Source: Candidatus Saccharimonadota bacterium
GTDB taxonomy: Bacteria > Patescibacteriota > Gracilibacteria > BD1-5 > UBA2023
Assembly: GCA_046350815.1 (NCBI GenBank)
Contig: JAXLZO010000001.1
Coordinates: 1,200,001-1,232,000 of the forward strand
Length of the DNA: 32,000 nucleotides
Direction of reading: 5' to 3'
A program made the translations under genes and the position numbers. Below the pieces are notes generated by a model. The model was given only the letters and a program-made list of their open reading frames with translations, was not told where the DNA came from and did not search any database. Shown piece after piece: positions 19,634-31,282 of this stretch; positions within the stretch are counted from its first letter, which is position 1; every line of letters begins with the position of its first letter.

Positions 19634-22600
19634 CTATTTTTCTATAAACTCAACACTACCACCTTCTTGAATCCAGAGAGAAATTTGAGTAAGTATTTTA
19701 TTGAGCTCTTCTTGATTCATATTACTTTGAAGATGCTCAACAACTCGATTGTATATCTGAGTGAGTTCACCCGGAGTAAATGATTCTTTTTTCATAAGAT
19801 TCGTGATATATCGAACGAGTCGTATAACATTTGCTCGCTTCACAACAAATGATGAACCTGAGAGACAAACAAATCTTACACCAGAAAATTCAGCCACAGA
19901 AATATCTTTCAGCTCTTTTGCAAGGTCTTGATGATAGGGATTTACTTCTGATTCTGGACTATTTTCTAAAATGAGCGAGTTCGTATCTCAAATACTATCA
20001 TCACTTCTATAAAGGTATCAAAATATCTGAGAAAGAGAAAACTCTTCTTTCCAACCTCGATGAACATAGTTTCCATAGAGTTGTGAGAGGTATATCATAA
20101 GTCCTCCAGACACCATCAATGCAATTACTTTTGCAATACTATCATCAATTTCTGTCCAAATATCAAAGAAGAGAATTTTAGCCAGTGCAAATGTTCCAAT
20201 ATAGAGACCAATCGTGCGAAATTTGGGATTTTCATTAGTGATTCATCGAATAATAAGAAATGTTGCAACAATCGTGAGATAAATCGATACCGCAAATGTA
20301 TTGATAAACTCGTTCACATAGAGCGAAGAAAGAATAAGGAATCCAAGAATACTCGTTGTAAAATTGATATATCCGTAGAGTTCTTTTGATCGAAGTCCGA
20401 TATATCCTACCATCACGAAGAGAGCAAGTGCACTCCATTGAACCACAAATGGTAGCAAAGTATCATGATGGAGTCCATCAAATTTTGCGAAAAATACCAA
20501 TGCAAAGACTGCCAATGTAATATTCAAGAATACCTTATGAATAGTTCTACCATAGTGTGTATAAAGAGGAGCTACAAGAGTCAGAAATCCTATCATACCG
20601 AGCAAGCTCCACCCAGTTCCTGTTGACGGGATAATCTGCGCAATACCAGATCCAATAGCAAGAATGGCAAGAATATGGAGAATATCGTACCCTGTGCGTT
20701 CATTTCACTCATCACGGCGCAAGAAATAGAGACTCGCAAATACTGATATCATAGCAAGGAGTGAAATCCCAAGTGCGAGATAATCTCGAGTATGGAGACC
20801 ACCGATGAGCAAGAGATATTTACAGATGCCAATGAAGAATACCACCGATGCAAAGAGGAGAATTCTGCGATCCTGCATACGACTATAGACCATATAGAGG
20901 ATGGATGATTCAATCATCCAAGCAAGACTCATCACACTCGCACTCTCTTGAAAGATGAATGCAAGAGCAAATGTTACAAGAGAAAGCGGAAGAGCAAAAA
21001 GAACAAGAAGTGTTGTTTTATTCGGAGCAGATATAGTATGTTTCTCATCAGAAATCATCAATTTACGACCTACTACCAGAGCATAGATGAGATAGATTCA
21101 TGCTTCGAGAAGATAGACAAATCATTTTGCAATTGAGCCAATATCATAAGCAGAGGTGATCTGATAGATAGCTGTCATCAGAACCAGTGCACCAACTGGA
21201 AGTGAGGCAATCAAGAAAGATTTGTTCAACGACGTCTGTTCTTGCTGCAAGAGGAGAGCTGGTGTTGCAAGAGCAACAAGAGTGAATATTGCAGTAAATA
21301 TGAGAAATATTGTCAGATGTGTGCTGATGCTTGGGTAGAGAAGAATAATACCACTCAACACAAGAGATAGGAGAAAGAGTACCGATTCTCGAGTACGAAT
21401 TGCAAATACACTCGATCCAATAAGGGCAGCAATACCTAAAGATTTGAATACAAGAAGCGATCAGAAATCCATACTAGCACTCTCGAGAGCCGTTGCGCCA
21501 ATAAGAAGTGAGATGGTCATGCCAACCAACACAACACTTCCAAGGAGTATCGAAGCACTTCGCAGAATAAGCGCTCCGAGCAAAATAAAGAGAGAGGTAT
21601 TTACCGCAAGAAGCGTCATAAAACTCGTTGCAGTTACACCATCAACAAAATACCCAATTATTGAGAGAAAGAATATCCCAACGGAAAGTCCAGATAATGA
21701 GATCAAACTGAGAGTACCAACGAACACAAAAGCCATGGAGAGAAAAAGGAGTGAGACGATAAGAAATGGTAGTAGCACAAACGTATGTGTTCATCCACCA
21801 GAACCTACCAAAGCAAAGATAACAATGTATGAGGCGATCAAGAGCATCATTGGCGACCGTTTCATCTTCCATGCAAAGATTCCAAGACAAGCAACACTCA
21901 CGAGGAATCATACACTGATAACAAGAACTTCATTCATAACATTGGAGGCTATGCCTGCAAGCGAAAATAATGTTGCCATACCTATAATTCCAATCATTTC
22001 AAGATAGTTTCTATTCTCTGATTGATCCATCTTTGAATAGAAAAAATTAATCACTGCAATAGCAAGAGTTATGAGAGTTGTATAGATCGAGAGAAGATAG
22101 GTAGTTTGTGATGATGCACCAACGAGAAATGGTGTAAGATATGCAAAGATAAATGCAAATCAGAGTAATACTCGAGATCGATAGATGAGTGCCATTATCA
22201 CTGCAAGTCACGTGTTGAGGAGAAGAAAAATAGTTGTTGCAATATCTGAAAAGAGAGAATTTCCATTCACCGCTCACATCCCAAGAATATAATGCCCAGC
22301 GAGAATAGAAAGGTAGTTTACAGCAATCCCAACTCCAAAGAGTACTCGAGATTCTGTCGTGATACCACGTTTGTCCAAGAAAATACCAACACCAATAAGT
22401 GCAAATCAAAATAGGAGTCACATAATCACTTTTCCAAAAGGTGAAACCCCATCAAAGATAAGGTAGAGGAAAAAGAGTGAACCCAGAAATAAGAGAATGC
22501 CACCGATCTTGGCAAGTGGGCGATCAGAAAAGAATTCTCGAATATAGCGAATGAATTTGGATGGTTCTTCTGGAACAATCTCAGGAGTTGATTGATCTTG

Positions 22601-22999
22601 GTATTCCTGTTCGGATTGTACACGAGTGTCCTCCCAGGATTGGTCATTCTGCTCCTCCTCTTGATCTTGATGAGCAAGAACAAGTACCTCAAGAGGATTG
22701 ACTAATGATTTTTGCCCTGAATCGTCTGATTGAACAACATCAGAAAGATTATTCACTTGAGAAGAGACTGACTCTAGATGTTTTAGAGAAGATCACACAG
22801 ATGAGAACTCAGCAAGTGATGAACGGATAGTAGACTCTGAGAAAATCACTGCTTTAAGAATCGCTCAGCAAATAATTCCAGAAATGAAGGCATCTGCCAT
22901 CGTACTACGAGAATCAAATAACCCAATAAGCGTAGCGCAAAGTACCATTCAGAGCAATATGGACAGAATCCATGCAATACGGTTGAGAAGAGAAAACAT
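19634..22999 (-). CDS. large polytopic membrane protein, DUF2339-like (1121 aa)
   Basis: ATG at 22999, TAG at 19634-19636. Track ORFs 22418-22756, 21461-21778, 21122-21361, 20705-21061, 20243-20605 and 19634-19897 are all in frame. I scanned the gaps 21779-22417 and 22757-22999 and the only in-frame stop codons are TGA. N-terminal TM helix, then an acidic Gln/Glu-rich linker, then more than 20 hydrophobic helices and a soluble ~150-aa C-terminus. Confidence 0.75.
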
Positions 23000-23010
23000 A
23001 GAGAGATAAA

Positions 23011-24687
23011 TTAGAGTTGGAGTTTACGAACAAAATACACAATTCAAGCGATAAAAGCCAAGCAAATAGCTGAGAAGAGAGCTATAAACACACCACGATT
23101 CGACTCGATAAGACGATCATCTTTGTCATCACAGACATTTCATATTCCATCTTTATCGGTATCTTTCTGATCATTATTAGAGATCTTTGGGCAATTATCT
23201 TGAGCATTGTAGATGTTGTCATGATCATTGTCTTCACACATATCACCGATACCATCATTATTTGCATCTCTCTGATCACTGTTCTTGATGGTTGGACAGT
23301 TGTCTCTCCAGCCTTCGATCGTATCCCCATCACTATCATCACACATATCGCCTATTTTGTTCTTGTCTTGATCCTTCTGATCTGGATTTTTGATTGCTGG
23401 ACAGTTATCTGCTACATCACCTATGCTATCCTGATCGGTGTCTTTCTGATCTGGATTTGCAATCTTTGGAGCATTATCTTGGGCATCGAGAATACCATCG
23501 TTATCACTGTCATGAGTTTTGAGATATTTTTCTTTGTCATCACATACATCTCCGATACCATTTTGATCAAGATCCAGCTGATCTGGATCAAATAGTGCGC
23601 ATCTATCACATACATCTCCGATTCCATCGTTATCACTATCCTTTTGATCTGGGTTCGAAGTATGAATGCAATTATCAACACCATCTGGAACTCCATCACG
23701 ATCGGTATCAAATTCACATGCATCACCGATATTGTTTGCATTTTGATCTTTTTGATCTCGATTTTTGACTATTGGACAATTGTCACGATCTCAAACAATC
23801 ATATCACCATCATCGTCGCTACATACATCACCAATGCCATCAAAATTTCGATCCTTCTGATCTTTATTTGCCATCGAAGGACAGTTATCACGCATATCGA
23901 TGATTCCATCACTATCAGTATCACGACCAGTAGTTGGAATAGGAAGAAATTCAAGAGGAACAGCACTATCAGTCGGAACATCAAGATTCATATCTTGGCT
24001 TATACCCGATTGTTTGCTCGTAAGTGCGAATAATTCATCATCGCTACATATCCAATTACGATAAGCAAGAATGGGATTTTTTTGCTGAGGTTTGATAATA
24101 TAAATATCATTATTTCGCTGATCAAATCGAAGTGTTTTTATAGATACGCTTGTTTGTGGTCAAACCTCTTTTGCAAAGGAGATACGAAGTGAAGAAAATG
24201 AATAATTCGAAAGATCATTTTGACGAACCTCTATGAATACCCTATCATCTGATGCTATCTCAAATTTCATTGCTTTACTTGTAGCAATATCAATAACAGG
24301 GATGAAGGTTCTTTTTTCCAGCTTATTCTCAAAAGAGAGCGTAATATCAAATCAAGATGGAGCATCTACGGGATCAATGCGCAATTGTGTTTCACGAAGA
24401 TCATCAATAAGTGCAGATTTTTGGTCAATTACATTCTTAGCAAGAGAGCTTGAGAGAGTATAGTCATAACTTTTTCGAACAATACTCGATTTGAGTCATG
24501 ATGGTATAATAATGCCGTCTTGCACAAAGAAAATATTGTCTCATGCTCAAACAGAAAATATGTTACCTACATTATCAGATGGAACTTCAGCGTATTCCGT
24601 AAAACAACGACTATCAAGTGCTGATGCTGTGAATGAATATCCAAGCAATACAAATACCGCAAGAGAAAGAGGAAAGTATCGATTCAT
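23011..24687 (-). CDS. secreted, C-terminally anchored thrombospondin type-3 repeat (Ca-binding) protein (558 aa)
   Basis: ATG at 24687 with signal peptide MNRYFPLSLAVFVLLGYSFTASA. A ~230-aa N-terminal domain is followed by about 9 copies of DNCPxxxNxDQxDxDxDGIGDxCD. The C-terminal hydrophobic helix is GVFIALFSAICLAFIAGIVYFV. TAA at 23011-23013, 11 nt before the DUF2339 start. Confidence 0.85.
23105..23930 (-). repeat. degenerate tandem coding repeats (TSP type-3 Asp-rich calcium-binding units)
   Basis: The GAT/GAC-rich periodic sequence also generates long spurious ORFs in other frames and on the other strand (track ORFs 23082-23342, 23200-23595, 23421-23741, 23644-24033, 23799-23984). Confidence 0.8.
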
Positions 24688-24825
24688 ACTGGTCTAATAA
24701 ATATTGCCATTGTACAATATTTCAACTTTTGCGTCAAAAATCAGGAATTTTTCATATTGCACAAGATCTATCTGTAGTTATTATAATGGAGAGTAGATGA
24801 TAGAAATAAGCTAGCCTGCAAAAGA

Positions 24826-24852
24826 TTGACTTAAAACAAAAATCCATATACT
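24826..24852 (+). promoter_or_regulatory. possible sigma70-like promoter for tRNA-Gln
   Basis: TTGACT (24826-24831), a 15-nt spacer, then TATACT (24847-24852), about 22 nt upstream of the tRNA 5' end. The spacer is shorter than optimal. Confidence 0.35.
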
Positions 24853-24874
24853 TCTCCAAGTCTTTCGAACATAT

Positions 24875-24949
24875 TGGGGATTCGCCAAGTGGTAAGGCAG
24901 CGGACTTTGACTCCGCCATGCGTAGGTTCGAATCCTACATCCCCAGCCA
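24875..24949 (+). tRNA. tRNA-Gln (anticodon UUG), CCA encoded
   Basis: Manual cloverleaf fold. Acceptor TGGGGAT/ATCCCCA with the U1-A72 pair typical of bacterial tRNA-Gln; D arm GCC-AAGTGGTAA-GGC; anticodon arm GCGGA-CTTTGAC-TCCGC; variable loop CATGC; T arm GTAGG-TTCGAAT-CCTAC; discriminator G followed by CCA. Confidence 0.9.
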
Positions 24950-25111
24950 TTTCCTAGTTTGTCCACAAAAGAGTAGTTCATTGAACGGCTCTTTTATTTT
25001 GTAGGCTAGGTTACTACCATCTGCTTCCAAGTTCGCAAATATAAAATTTATAAGTTCTCATTTTTTTTTCTGAGATTTGCGAACCCTTGAAAAGCATGTG
25101 GGCTCGATTTA

Positions 25112-25688
25112 CTAGTTCCAGTACGTACGAAGACGATATAAAAAATGATTCTTGAGTTGTTCACAAGTATCTCACTCTTCTTGTTTTGAGCTTCTGTATC
25201 TTTTTGTCATATTCATTGGCTGTAATTCTCATATTTCCGCATAAATATAATATAATTCATCGAGATCAGAATCACTTATCTGATGAGTATCAAAAGCATA
25301 AAGCAATCCAGACAAACGCGCAATATGATACATCATCAATGAATATTCGTCCTGCATAAAAAAGATGATCATGAAGTTCATAATCATTCCACAACTCATC
25401 ATCGAACTTTTGAATCACTTTTTTATATCACTCTACTTCTCCAATGTCAGTCAGCAAGCAAGCAATAAATAAATAATACTCAGCATCTGTATAAGGTGTG
25501 CTTGGCTCAGATTCAAAAGCCTCAAAAATTTGCATCAAATACCAAAAATATATTGGATCTTAAAAAGCAGTATTCCATTCAAGGTCAAAGCCCTCTTCCA
25601 TTGCATTTGGTGCAAAAGATGAATCAAATGCAACGAAGGATTTCTGAAGTGTGAAGTTATTGGTTGTTTTTGGTCTTTTGAAAATCAT
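25112..25688 (-). pseudogene. decayed gene downstream of hsdR (internal TAA plus a frameshift), unknown family
   Basis: ATG at 25688, 22 nt after the hsdR stop, gives 42 codons and then TAA (25562-25560). The same frame continues plausibly (DPIYFWYLMQIFEAFESEPSTPYTDAEYYLFIACLLTDIGEVEGYKKVIQKFDDELWNDYELHDHLFYAGRIF). The plausible reading then moves to another frame (MMYHIARLSGLLYAFDTHQISDSDLDELYYIYAEI...), ending at TAG 25112-25114. Confidence 0.35.
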
Positions 25689-25710
25689 ACAGTTTTAGCA
25701 AAGACAATAT

Positions 25711-28671
25711 CTATACTTTTTCTCGCAGCTTCTCAGTGACAATTTTATCAAGATATCGAATAAGATGCTCTTGAAAATCGTTATTATCGTGGTAGTTATT
25801 ATAGAATTCTAAATGATCATCTACATTTGTGACAATTTTCTCCTTTATCAGATTATTAAAAACTAATTTTCTGTTTGCTCTATCTGTCTGGAGTGAATCA
25901 ATCATTCTCTGATCTCCCACTATCTCATCAGATATATCCGAAATCATCTTCTTTACTTTGTCCTCACTGCTAAAATTCGTACCAAATCGAGTATTGAATT
26001 CAGTGACTATATGATCGAGTATATCTGTAGGTATATCAGTTCCTGAACCAATGAGTGTTGTTGGCATCGGCGTGAGTTCTCCATCTTCTGCGAGGCTGAT
26101 ACGAGCATTTGAAGTCATTTTCTCGTTTCTATACGACTCAAAATCTATAGCATCGAGGACATCCTGACTGATGATAGTTTCTTTCGATCCAAGTTCTATA
26201 ATCTTTTTATAGAGAACCTTGAGGAACTGATAGAGTTCTTCAAATTCAACGACATCATAATCAACTATCTGAGAAATAAAGCTATAGAACTTTGTATATG
26301 ATTTTGTTTTATCCTTGAAGTCATCTATCTGATCGACAGGAAGTTTTTTGATATTCTCGACTACACTATCGAGCATAGCGTGGAGCTTTTCGACTGACAC
26401 GCCTGAGAGTATATCGGTTGCGAATTTATTGACCACAAATGAGTCATATACTCCGAAAGCATCAAGAGCATCTTTGAGGTCGTGAAGCTTATTTGGATCG
26501 CTGCCACTCGCAAGAATAGTAGTCTTATAATAAGGCTCAAATGATTTCTGAATATCTTCTTCAGTGTTGTAGAAATCAAGGACAAATACACCTTCTTTGT
26601 CTTTATGGACTCGATTGAGTCGAGATAGAGTTTGCACAGCGTTGACTCATCCGAGCTTCTTATCGACATACATCGTCTGGAGAAGTGGCTGATCAAATCC
26701 TGTCTGGAATTTATTAGCACATATGAGAATCTGATAATTTCCATTTTCGAACTCATCAGGGATTTTACTGGAGCTAAAGTGATTGAGATTCGACTCGTTC
26801 CAATCAGTCCCATCGATATTCACATCTCCTGAGAAAGCCACAATTACAGCAAGAGGAAGATTTTTTTCTTTGATGAGTTGTTTGAAGGCAAAGCTATATT
26901 TTACCGCACTCTTACGACTTCCACATACGACCATTGCTTTTGCTCTTCACCCTACAAGTCCCTTGAGATATACCTGATTATAAAAGTGATCTATCATCAC
27001 TTCTGCTTTTTTCTCTATGGTTGCCGTGTGAGTCTCCACGAATCCTTTGAGCTGTCTATTTGCTCGTTTTTTATCATACTCACGATCCTTATCACCTGTG
27101 ATGATGAGTTCATAATAACTCTGGAAGGTAGTATAGTTCGAGAGCACATCCATTATAAATCCCTCTTCGATAGCCTGTTTCATCGTATAGTTATGATACG
27201 CCCGATATTTTCCATCATCTCATCGTACTCAAAATATTTCGAGAGTTTTATTCTTTGGAGTGGCAGTGAAGGCAAAATAGCTTGCATTTGGAAGCATCTT
27301 TCGAGCTTGTAGAGTCTCAAGGACTACATCCTCATCGGTATACTCTTCTACACTTTCTTCGTCTTTTTCTTCTTCGAGTGTCATTGTCTTATTCATCTTT
27401 CCGATTGTCTCACCACTGGTACTGGAGTGAGCCTCATCGATGATGATAGCAAATCTCTGACTTCAGAGTGTTCCTATCGTATCGACTATCATCGGAAATT
27501 TCTGAATAGTTGTGATGATTATTCTTTTTCCACTCTCCAATGCTGATTTGAGCTGTTTACTTCCATCTGTGATAGCTTCTACGAGTCCACGAGTATGATC
27601 AAATCCACTCACTGTATCTCTGAGCTGTTTATCGAGTACCTGACGATCAGTGATGATAAGGATACTATCAAATACATTGGTCACTCCGTCTTGCATATAG
27701 AGTCCTGCGAGTTGGTGAGCGAGCCATCCAATAGAGTTACTCTTTCCACTTCCTGCACTATGCTGTATGAGGTATTTTTGTCCTGTTCCTTTTCCTTTTG
27801 CATCCTGAAGGAGCTTATTTACTACCGTGAACTGATGATAGCGAGGAAAAATCAGCTTTCGTACTTTCTTGCCTCATTTTTCTTCGATGATGACTTGTGC
27901 GAAGTCTCGTATCAGCTTAGAGAGATTGGATTTTGTAAGGATTTCTTCCCACATATAGCTCGTACGAATACCATCTTCTAATGGAGGATTTCCTGCTCAC
28001 TCATTGTATCATTTGTTAAATGGGAGAAACCAAGTCTTGTTATCTTCGAGTCGAGTCGTCATATAGACAAGCTCTGTATCGACTGCAAAATGCACAAGGC
28101 ATCGCTCAAATCGAAAAAGCTCTTCACGACTACTTCTATCAGTTTTATACTGCTCGATAGCATCTTTTACATTTTGTCCTGTGAGGAGATTTTTGAGTTC
28201 GAGAGTTGTGATTGGGAGTCCATTGATAAGAAGTACCATATCGATGGACTTATTGTTCTGGAGGCTAAAAAATAGCTGTCTCGTCACGATAAAGGTATTG
28301 GCTTCCCAGAGAGCTATGAGATCTGGATTCAGAGTCGAATTTGGCTCAAAAAAGAAAACCATAATATGGGCATCTCTATCTTTCACTCATTTTCTCATCA
28401 CGTGTATGATTCCTTTTTCTGCGATTTCTTTCTGGAGTCTCTGGAGGAATTTTGATTGATATGATTCTCCATAGTTTACTCTGAGTTTTTCGATCTCTTT
28501 TGGCTGTGTTCGCTCTACGAAATCCCAAAATGCCACAAGGTCGATACATTCCTTACGGTCATAATGTCCTGAATGTTCTCCAGAGTAGAATTTCTGGACG
28601 AATCCATTTTGTTTGATGAGGGATTCAGTGAATAATTGCTCGAATCCTGATTCACGAGTATTGGTAGACAT
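25711..28671 (-). CDS. hsdR: type I restriction enzyme R subunit (986 aa)
   Basis: Track ORFs 28387-28671, 28009-28386, 27463-27696, 26947-27183, 26647-26934 and 25711-26637 are in one frame. In gaps 27184-27462 and 27697-28008 the only in-frame stop codons are TGA. N-terminal nuclease region (FFEPNS...IDMVLLINGLPITTLELK), helicase motif I (HSAGSGKSNS), DEAH box (IIIDEAHSS) and motif VI (QTLSRLNR). TAG at 25711-25713. Confidence 0.93.
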
Positions 28672-28681
28672 AAATACGCGG

Positions 28682-29932
28682 TTATGAAATACTGATTTTC
28701 CCTGTTACTGTTTGATAGATGAGACTGGTCTGGTATTCTTCGATGAGAGCGATTTCTTGTTCTATTTTTGCTATGGCTGAGTCGATTTGAGATAATTGTT
28801 GCTCGATATACTGAATAATTTTATTCTGGGTAAAATTATTTGGTAATGGAATCACTATATTTCATACAGTGTCGATATTTAGATTGAGTTGTGTTCATTC
28901 TTTTCAAATTCAAGAGTAGGCTAATCCTGAATATAAGATATAAAATAAATACATCTTATTTATTCTCTCATTTAGCTTTCAAAAAGTTACAAATCAATCG
29001 TGAATGCAACATTTTATGTTTGCAATTATTGGTTTTCATACGGATCAAGCTATACTGAGAAAAAGGTCTCAGGGATATTGTTTTACGCTCAAAGATGCTC
29101 ATAATTCGGACAACTGTTGCTCTGTAGTCTCAAGATACATATTGCTCGCACTTACATCTGATATTCTAACCCAAGCAAATTCTCCATTATCATCAAAATA
29201 TTTTTTATCATCTATTGGACGTGGCGAGGCTCATCTTTTTATATTTGAAAGCATTTTTAATCTCCTTACTTCCCAATCCTCTGGAATTTCTCCAATCCAC
29301 GGGATTCCACTCTCTTTCATCTTTGCATTTGGATCAATTCACTTCGTGACAGCACGATGGATAATAGATTGTTTTTGTTCTTTGAGAAGCTCGATGAGTT
29401 TTCTTTTATTTTCGACGAGTTTCTTGATCTCAGTCGTTTTTTGGTCGAGGAAGTTAGCGATGGCGGTTTGAGTGGAGAGAGGAGGGAGAGGGATTTGAAA
29501 ATTTTGTAGCATTGGGAGCCTCAGGCTGTCCACTGTAGATTTTGCAGATATACGCAAGACTTCATTATAAAAATTCGATTTCATGAAGTAATAAAGATAT
29601 TTTCATGTTACTTTCCGAAAATCGGTAAAGGCATATACTCTTTGATGAAACGCAAATTTTCATTGAAAATAATGAAATACTCGTCATGCTCAAACTCAAT
29701 CTCATGCAGTCAACACAGCCTCGCAATCCATAGAATATGAATCCAAACTTTCAATATTTTCTGATCTTACAAAAAATGGATAGATTCCATCGGGCAAGTT
29801 ATCTTGAGTATCTTTATCTCAAGTTTGAATTCTAGCCAGAAATTTCAATCGTCTCACTTCCCAATCCTCAGGAATCTCTCAGATCCAAGGGATATTTGAT
29901 TGTTTTAGGGATGTTGTAGGACTTTGAGTCAT
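28682..29932 (-). CDS. hsdS: type I restriction-modification S (specificity) subunit, two TRDs (416 aa)
   Basis: ATG at 29932; TAA at 28682-28684, 10 nt before the hsdR start. The block IPWIGEIPEDWEVRRLK is duplicated at the start of each TRD. Central conserved region (PLPPLSTQTAIANFLDQKTTEIKKLVENKRKLIELLKEQKQSIIHRAVTKG) and C-terminal conserved region (IIQYIEQQLSQIDSAIAKIEQEIALIEEYQTSLIYQTVTGKI). Confidence 0.9.
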
Positions 29933-30067
29933 AGGAATTATTTTTTGGTGTCAAGGGATTTTAGTTGACTTTTAAGTCTTTTTCGAGTATATTATCTGTG
30001 TCTCAGATACCTCTTGTTGTATCAGGAGCCATCAGAACCGTCTCACTTGTTGGGGCGGTTCCCGCTT

Positions 30068-30553
30068 TTATCAGGATATATCTATCTTATAATGCTCATA
30101 CTCTTTGAGCATTTTTTGTTTGTATCTATTCGAATCTATAGGAAATGCAGAAATAAGTACGATATAATCTTTTCTCTGAGACAAGACTACCAGGTAATCA
30201 AAATTTTCATCTGAAATATAGTATTTTTGTTCATTATTTTTTGCTCTTTGCCAAACTTTCAAGGTGTCTACGCTGTCTATATAGTGTCGTGGGAATCGTA
30301 TTCTTTTAGCTCTTGGAAGACAAAATTCTCGATCCTCAGATCATAGTTTTTCGATCGTTATAATATGGTGAAATCACCATTCGTACATTATGCCATCAAG
30401 ATCCAAATATGGTTTTTTCTTGAGATTTACAGGAAAATCAAGGAAAATTGCCGATTTATTTCAGAGGGTAGATCGAAATATAGGATAAATCCTCCCGAGA
30501 AAATTATGGAGTCACTCAGTATCGAGTTTTTGTTCAAGATTTGGCAATGGCAT
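30068..30553 (-). CDS. hypothetical protein (161 aa) embedded in the type I R-M operon
   Basis: ATG at 30553, 2 nt after the DUF3800 stop. Five in-frame TGA codons; ends ...KIDIS-G(TGA)-TAA at 30068-30070. Track ORF 30071-30262 is its C-terminal part. No family recognised. Confidence 0.6.
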
Positions 30554-30555
30554 AA

Positions 30556-31278
30556 TTAACAGCTTATATTTTGAGGTTTCCAGAAAAAGAGATTAAATTT
30601 CTTTTCTCATCTTAGTGTACTTTTTCTGAGTGAATACTTACTTCGTTCTTCAATCCGTTTTATAATTTCTATTTTCGCGGAACTGGTTTCAAGGTCTCGA
30701 TTAACATAGGCAAGTGCTCACGCAAATATATCAGTCAGTTGCATTATTTCAACCTCGTGAGATCGTATGAGTTGTATTTTCTTTATGATCCTATGATTAA
30801 AGTCATACATCGAATTTATAAGAACATCATTGAGTTTTTGTATTTTTTCTCAACCATTTGTATCTTTTATGTCTATATAGAAATTATAGCTATATTCAGG
30901 ATCAATAATAGATAAAAGTTGCCAGTACATCTTATAGTACCAATCATTATATGTTTGATTGAATTGAGCGTGGTCGAGAGTGTCTTTATCTGTTATGACT
31001 AAGGCTCGAAGTACAATATCATCATCATCAAAAAAATAGTCTACCAAATCCAGATAAAAATCTTTTTTTGAATCCGATATTTTTGTCCATTTAACTTCTT
31101 GAAATTCTGATATTCAATGCTTTTTCTTGATTTCTTTTATCCGTGTAAAGATTTCAAATCTCTTATCTTGAGGCACTTGTACACCTGCAAGAACCATTAC
31201 TTTTTTATTTTGTCCATTGAGAGAATTATCATTCTCAAGGTGACAGCTTTCATCACAATAAAAATTGTATGTTGTCAT
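30556..31278 (-). CDS. DUF3800-like protein (240 aa) embedded in the type I R-M operon
   Basis: ATG at 31278, 4 nt after the hsdM TAA. N-terminus MTTYNFYCDESCHLEND (the xxxDES start characteristic of DUF3800), a mid-region acidic block, and C-terminal LTDIFAGALAY. TAA at 30556-30558. Track ORF 30850-31047 is an internal piece. Confidence 0.6.
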
Positions 31279-31282
31279 AGAT

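Noticed and set aside
23082-24033. A CRISPR-like or satellite repeat array, and the multiple long ORFs on both strands (23200-23595, 23644-24033, 23421-23741, 23082-23342).
   Set aside because: The periodicity comes from degenerate coding repeats (thrombospondin type-3 Asp-rich units) in a single minus-strand frame. The other ORFs are compositional shadows of a GAT/GAC-rich sequence. There are no unique spacers.
25031-25084. The inverted repeat GTTCGCAAAT...ATTTGCGAAC downstream of tRNA-Gln as an att site or MITE.
   Set aside because: It is a single 10-bp arm pair with a 34-nt AT-rich loop, with no second copy or flanking duplication in the window. That is insufficient evidence; I mention it only within the island finding.
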